Shown: one piece after another, positions 56,342 through 64,000 of the stretch
Numbering within the stretch: position 1 is the stretch's first letter
Layout of the letters: every line of letters begins with the position of its first letter
NCBI GenBank assembly: GCA_951406725.2
Contig: OX597827.1
Span: 24,738,001 to 24,802,000, forward strand
DNA length: 64,000 nucleotides
Direction: 5' to 3'
Source: Octopus vulgaris
Taxonomy: Eukaryota
The notes under the pieces: model-generated
Databases searched by the model: none
The model's input: only the letters and a program-made list of their open reading frames with translations
What the model was told of the DNA's origin: nothing
Made by a program: the position numbers and the translations under genes

Positions 56342-56621
56342 CATACGTATGTATATGCAAATGCACGTGTGTGTATGTGCCCTGAACGGTTTATATATGT
56401 ATGTGATTGTTCAGTTTTATTTCAAGATTTCTCGCCAATAGAGAAAGAGCCGGTTTCTAACTTAGATTCAAGGCTCCTTCATTGGAATTTCAAAATCAAC
56501 GACGAGGTATTTTTGTATGTATGTATATATGCATGTATGTATGTATGTATGTATGTATGTATGTATGTATGTATGTATGTATGTATGTATGTATGTTGTA
56601 TGTATGTATGTGTATGTATGA

Positions 56622-56661
<40 letters not shown>

Positions 56662-57408
56662 ATATATATGTATATATATATGTATCTATCTATCTATCTA
56701 TCTCTCTCTCTCTATATATATATATACACAAAAATAAGCAACCAGAATGGATCCGGTAATTTGCTGAACTTATATATATATATACATATATACATACATG
56801 CATACATACATGCTCATACATACATACATACACACACACATACATACATACATACATACATACATACATACATACATACATACATACATACATACATACA
56901 TACATACATACATACATACATACACACATTGCTCTGTCCTGCTAGTGAGCAATTTTTACACACACAAGATAGTGGTAGCAACGCATATATGACGAGTGTT
57001 TCTTTAGTAAACAATCAGTTTCTTCTGAGAGTAAAGTTTGTCTTGAAAAGAAAAGGTATCTCTACCGTATGACGTTTACGAATGTGCATGTTTTGATCTG
57101 TCTCTCTTTTATTTGTAACGTTTGAATTAAGGATTAGTATGTAGCTGGGCACCATTGTGGTTAGAGAAATAGGACATTTGTGGACCACCGATAAGGGGTT
57201 TGCAAATCCAGCAACCCAAGGAACACTTTCAGCGCCATACCTATTATTACTGGAGCAACAGGACACAGACTGATGCTGGAGTACCACCTTGAAGAATTGA
57301 TCCTTGCACTTATTACTTTGTTAATGCCTGGTACTTACTCTGTTTTGTCAAACCGGTAGGTTACGTGGACGTAAACACATCAACATGAATTGTCAAGCGG
57401 TGTTGCGG

Positions 57409-57467
<59 letters not shown>

Positions 57468-57906
57468 CAATAACAACCACAACTATAGCTTGAGGTTGTA
57501 ATTGAAGACATATGCACAAGCTGTCACGCATTGAGATTGAATCTAGAACCGGAATCACCTGGTTGTGAAGGAAGCTTCCTACCACACAAACACTTCTGTG
57601 CCTTGAAATATTCCTGTGAAGAAGTCTGTAAAATGTATGAATAAGAGATGAAATATAATACTTTGAAACACTGAAAGAAATCGTTTCGGTTGTAAGAATG
57701 AGCTGTCTTGGAGACTTCAACGTGATGTTAGAATAGAAAAGACAAAAGGAAACACTGGTGTCGAACTAATGCAAACTCTACGGACATTACACCTGGACTG
57801 TGACTTTAGAATGATCATTCATGTGATTATTGGAACATTTCGTTTGGTTATTAACTGCTTCAGCACACATCTTGAGAAAATGGGAGTCATAAAACCGTAA
57901 AAAGGC

Positions 57907-57990
57907 ATGGCGAATTAGAAAATTCGGAGCTATTTTGGCGAATTAGAAAATTCGGAGCTATTTTGGCGAATTAGAAAATTCGGAGCTATT
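57907..57990. repeat. 28-bp minisatellite, 3 units
   Basis: tggcgaattagaaaattcggagctattt repeated in tandem. Confidence 0.95.
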
Positions 57991-58563
57991 GGCTGAGTAC
58001 TCCTCAGACATGTCTATAGGTGTTGCCCATCTTACAGACTTCCACATGGAATACTCCTGCTCAAATTCAATCACAAAATTTGGGTCGACTTAATGAAACG
58101 CCAGTCATAAGGATTGAACCGGAGCTTCAAGACTACGAAGCTTACCTCTTAACCACTCGACCATGCATGCGTGCACACAGACACCCACCCATTCACCCCC
58201 ACACTGATGTGTGTTTAAATAAATACATACGTACTAAGAAAAGGGCCGTTGCGCGCAAGATGAGGGAGGCATTAGAAAGAGCTTCTTGTTTGCTATGAAG
58301 CAAGAGAGAGGAGTTAAGCTCGTTTATTTCTTGAAAACCCTCTCTCCCTTTCCTTTTACAATAATCTTCGCGAATTTCTAGTCCACCTCTATTAAATCTT
58401 TCTTCACACGATGGACTCTTTTGTCAGTTCCTGTCTCCTTCATATTACACATTCTCCCTCCGGACATAACTCATCTTTCCATATCAAAACTACCACCAAG
58501 ACTGCTCACCTTTATACAAAAGAACATCACAGCATCTGCAGCAGAATATGCCAACTCTGGCGG

Positions 58564-58637
<74 letters not shown>

Positions 58638-59392
58638 ACACACACACACACAGAGGTCCAATTGCTGTTTGGGGATTTCAGGAAATATTCGTGAACGCCT
58701 GATACGACAACATTGTGGCTTGATGCACGTCGTTTCAATTCTCCCGCTCACACCCACCCGCAAATCGCCACCTGCTATACACAGAAACACACACACAGCC
58801 ATACATACACACATCCACAACACACGCACACACGCACATCCGAACACACACACACATCCACACACACACATCCACACACACACATCCACACACACACATC
58901 CACACACACACATCCACACACACACATCCACACACACACATCCACACACACACATCCACACACATCCACACAAACCCACAAACACACACACATCTACACA
59001 CAAACACACACGCACGCACGTACCCGCACAGATACGGGTGTTAAATTAAGAAAATACTTTTATATTAATGCCTTTTGTTGACAATTTATGTATCTTTGTC
59101 TGACAGCTTAACCCGAAGTGTTTACTTACGGCGCGTCATTGACATGTACGTACGTAACGTACGTACGTATGTATATATGTACATACGTACGTAACTTACG
59201 TACGTACGTATATATGTACGTATGTATGTATGTATGTATGTATGTATGTATGTATGTATGTATGTATGTATGTATGTGTGTATGTGTGTATGTATGTATG
59301 TATGTATGTATGCATATATGTGTGTATGTATGTATGTATGTATGTATGTGTGTATGTATGTATGTATGTATGTATGTATGTATGTATGTGTG

Positions 59393-59424
<32 letters not shown>

Positions 59425-59612
59425 TGTATGTATGTATGTATGTATGTATGCATGTGTGTATGTGTGTATGTATGTATGTATGTGTGCATATGTGTATGTA
59501 TGTATGTATGTATATATGTATGTATGTATGTATGTACGTACGTACGTACATATGTACGTATGTGCGTATGTGCGTATGTATGTATGTATGTATGTATGTA
59601 TGTGTGTATGTA

Positions 59613-59643
<31 letters not shown>

Positions 59644-60486
59644 ATGTATGTATGTATGTATGTATGTATGTATGTATGTACAAGGGGGTACCCAAAAGAC
59701 CGGAAACGTTCTCTGCGAGATAAGCCCATTGTAGTTTAAGCTCCCGTCGCTAGAAGCCACTTGATGTGACACTCAGACATCAGTTTGCCGATCGGCGGGG
59801 TTCAGTGGCGTTGGGTGGGGGGGATACTGCCACGTGGTACTTTTTACAATCGTTATTAAGATATTCAGAAGAATCTGTAACATACTTAACAGTTGTAATA
59901 AATTGTATAATGGCGAGTGTAATATATATTTAATATATATAATATGTATTTAAGGCAGAGAGCTGGCAGAGTCGCTAGCACGCCGGGCAAAATGCTTAGC
60001 GTTATTTCGCCCATCTTTACATTCTGAGTTCAAATTCCGCCGAGGTCGACTTTGCCTTTCCTCCTTTCGGGGTCGATAAATTAAGTACAAGTTGCGTACT
60101 GGGGTCGATCCAATCGACTGTCCCCTACACCAAATTTCAGGCCTTGTGCCTATAGTAGAAAATCCTATATGATTTATACATATTAGTAATGTGCCAATTT
60201 CTCGGCAAAAAACCCCCCAAATAAATAGATTTTTTAAAAAATTAAATTTCGATATGAGCCAGGGAGGTTTTTTTTCCATGGGCATATTCTATTGGGATTT
60301 TTAGCTCCTCTTTCACTTAATATTAATCATATCATTGATAATTATTTAATAGGTATTTATATTAAATTCTTATATAATTTTTGCTTCAAGAAACCATTCA
60401 AATTCTATGAGTAAGACTTGTCAAATTTGTCTGAGTAATGTACTCAACTATATTGAACTAGACTTAAACTGTTTTTATAATTAATA

Positions 60487-60918
60487 TCTATAAAGCTAAA
60501 ATGCGAAAAAGTTGTTTGATTTCTTGGTTATTTTGGGATGGGAACGGTTTAAGGAGCGGTAGATGTGGTCGGATTGGCACCAAAATTTACACTGGGGGTA
60601 AAATGGGGTGGGCAATGGTATGAGGAGGGTTTCAAGTCGCTCTGGGCTACCGTTTGGTTGCTATGGTGTGGAATATGGGAAAAATTGAGTTTTATGGGAT
60701 AGACAGGTTACGCTGTTTGAATAATGGTGGCTTTTCGTGTTACTGCAGGGGCTAGAGGCGGTTATCTTTAATTGTGGGTGTAAACATTTGGAGGATTTTG
60801 GAAAGTGGGGTAAAGAATAGGGCAATAAAAAGAACCAGGCAAAGAAGACGAACAAAAGAAGAAAGGGAAAACAACACCACCACCAAAACTCGAGCGAAGC
60901 ACTGGTCAAATTAGCTAG
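60487..60918 (+). mobile_element. Non-autonomous Helitron, directly followed by the 5' end of a second Helitron-like element
   Basis: A|TCTATAAAGC ... ctcgagcgaagcactggtcaaattagCTAG, then TCcttataataaaatagag...(gt)n...ttcacgccgaaacggctg. Confidence 0.7.
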
Positions 60919-62008
60919 TCCTTATAATAAAATAGAGTTGTGTGAGTGTGTGTGTGTATTCGCTTTTCACGCCGAAACGGCTGCGCAAATTGCCTCTATA
61001 CCTGGCATGGGTAAATGATTTCATTCCGGAAAAATAATAGGGTATTCGGTTTTTTTTTCTTAAAAATTAATAATATTGCTTTACCTATGTGATTCACTTC
61101 TTTCAATAGGTTTTTCAATGTCAACTTCTGGTATGGACGCAGCAATGGGGAATTGTTCGTTTTCATTTGCAAGCCTACTCACTTTCTCTTTCAATGCTTT
61201 CATTTTAAGTTTTAATTCACTATTTGCAAACAACTAGGATAACTTACTGAAAGGAGAAACAACCTTGGGAGGAGCCTTTTCGGTAAAAAATAAACAAAAA
61301 ATAATTATAGGCGTAGGAGTGGCTTTGTGATAAGTAGCTTGCTTACGAACCACATGGTTCCAGGTTCAGTCCTACTGCGAGGTACCTTGGGCAAGTGTCT
61401 TCTACTATAGCCTCGGGCCAACCAAAGCCTTGTGAGTGGATTTGGTAGATGGAAACTGAAAGAAGCCCGTCGTATATATGTATATATATATGTGTGTGTG
61501 TATGTTTGTGTGTCTGTGTTTGTCCCCTCAACATCGCTTGACAACTAATGTTGGAGTGTTTACGTCCCCGTAACTTAGCGGTTCGGCAAAAGAGACTGAT
61601 AGAATAAGTACTAGGCTTACAAAGAATAAGTCCTGGGATCGATTTGCTCGACTAAAGACGGTGCTCCAGCACGGCCACAGTCAAATGACTGAAACAAGTA
61701 AATGAGTATAAACATTTTCTGAGGAAAAGGAGTAAGATTCAAGGGAGATTTGGCTGTTGCTTCTAGCACATCCCAAACCACTCTCCATTTTCATACCAGC
61801 ATGTATTTATTGAAAAGCATCACTACATTGTGGAGATATACTTGCATAGCAAGTAACTTGATCTGAGGTCGTGTACTGCAATAAAAACAATTGCACCGTG
61901 GAAGATATTTGTTAGTCTTTTAACAACACACAAAAACCGTTAGTTTCACTTCCTTAAAATTTCAATTGAGTCAAAATACTTTCGTGAATTTATTCCACTA
62001 AAGGAAGC

Positions 62009-62083
62009 TACTGGTGCTTTCATCACTGGTGCTTTCATCACTGGTGCTTTCATCACTGGTGCTTTCATCACTGGTGCTTTCAT
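62009..62083. repeat. 15-bp minisatellite, 5 units
   Basis: actggtgctttcatc repeated in tandem. Confidence 0.95.
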
Positions 62084-62387
62084 TATGACTTCATTGCTTT
62101 CAGGCTTAGCTTAAGGTATTTTCGCGCCCGACATCACAAAATGCGTCTGAATAAACATTGCCGGACAGCAAATAGAGACTCAGACATTGCTTAGAAAATA
62201 TTTTTCATTTTTAACCTCGTATATAGTACGCGCTAGGGATTTTGACCTTAAATTTTGGGGGGAAAATGCGGGTTATACTCGAGGATTCCTTGGAAGGAAG
62301 TAACGAATGTATGCGAAAACAAGGACGGGAAAAAAACGGAGAATGTTACACAAATATAAATAAGAGGACATAACAACAGGTGTCTTA

Positions 62388-62424
<37 letters not shown>

Positions 62425-64000
62425 TCATGTGTGTGTATATATTTATATATATATATGTATTTATTTATGTATGTAGATATATATTTCCATTCATACGTGC
62501 AGACAGTCATACCTAAATATATATATACACACATATATGTATATGTACACATGGTTACACATACACATACATACACACATACATAATTCATACAAACATA
62601 CATATATACATACATACGTATGTACGTACGTATATACATGCATACATACATAATTCATACAAACATACATACATACGTACGTACATACATACATACAAAC
62701 ATACAAACATACAAACATGCATACATCATACATACATACGTACGTACGTACATATATACATAATTCATACAAACATGCATACATATATAGACGCACAAAC
62801 AGACGTACATATATTCCAATATAAGTTATATTCAACATACATACACAATGAAGAGCCTTGACCTCCTTAGGACACTCTCAAGGGACATAGCGATGGAGTT
62901 TAGCCAAGGCAACAGTTCCTACCTGGTTGTAAAGTGAGAAAAAATTTCGAAGCCAGTTGAACAACATCGTTACAATAGCTTGATTATTTCTCTGATAAAT
63001 GGCTACAGATACCCATCGATGGACAAAAATATCATTAACCGAGGTATTTTTCTTTTTGGATGATAAAAACACGGTCGTTTGAGCTGTTTATATACAATAA
63101 ACCAGTGACAGACAATGTGTTTAGTGTACCAGAACTCATGCCAACATTGAACTACGTGATTGAACAAGAGGCGAGATCCGCGCCATTGATGTTTAAACCT
63201 GAAAACTATTCGCCATCACCGGAAATTTCCTTATTAATAGTAACATCAACCGTGTCTCCTGAAAATCAAGGGAGAAGAAGTTTAACATGCAATCAAACGA
63301 TCTTTGAATGTCGCGTCGTATAATCCTTTCCATCGAGTTTTATCAATGACCAAGTGTTGCCCTGCCGACAAGAAACACGCCTTTGTACTGGACGCAAATG
63401 AGAGCAGAGCAAGCAGGGCCTCGAAAGGTATTCCTTAACCAAAGATTCAAAGCCTGAGAACAGAAGATCTCTACGACAATGGAACATCAGGCCAAAAGCT
63501 TTCTATCGAAAGATTGCTTTTGTTGCTAGAAAAAACTTCTTTCGTTTTTGCATAGGAGTCAGTTCCAACGGCAGCAAGTCACACTCATTCATGTGCAAAG
63601 AGCTAATAGCACGCATGCGTACAAGCATTCCTCCTCCTTCCATCCATCTGCCATGTATGTATGTACTTACGTACCTACGTATGTATGTATGTATGTATGT
63701 ATGTATGTATGTATGTATGTATGTATGTATGTATGTATGTATGTATGTATGTACGTACGTACATATGTATGTATGATTGTATGCATGCATATATGTATGC
63801 ATGTATGCATGCATGTTTGTATGTGTGTATGTATTTATGTGTGTATGTATGAATGTCTGATTGTATGCATGCATGTATGTATGCATGCATGTACGTATGT
63901 GTGTATGTATTTATGTGTATTTGTATGTATGTATTTACAATCTATCTATCTATCTCGCTAGCTAGCTATTTCTGCATACGTACATACATACAAACATACA

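Overview
AT-rich, microsatellite-saturated eukaryotic non-coding DNA. The SINE families and (TACA)n/(TA)n/(AAT)n load resemble an octopod cephalopod genome (from recall, not a search). No host protein-coding gene can be supported; almost all listed ORFs are microsatellite translations. The window is a stack of decayed mobile elements: a Neptune-type Penelope-like element (RT + GIY-YIG, minus, ~53.2-55.3 kb), an RTE LINE with three C-terminal C2H2 fingers (~46.5-49.2 kb), R4/Dong and Tx1 LINE fragments, a DD37D mariner remnant, hAT MITEs, non-autonomous Helitrons and several tRNA-derived SINE families. Two signals stand out. (1) About 12 type I hammerhead ribozyme motifs from several unrelated sequence families, read by eye, including a 178-nt tandem dimer with one hammerhead per unit that looks like a non-LTR retrozyme. 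(2) A GG-terminated MITE with 8-bp TSDs that carries TTAGGG repeats, forms fold-back dimers and inserts into its own copies. Boundaries of decayed elements are approximate and RNA folds were not computed.
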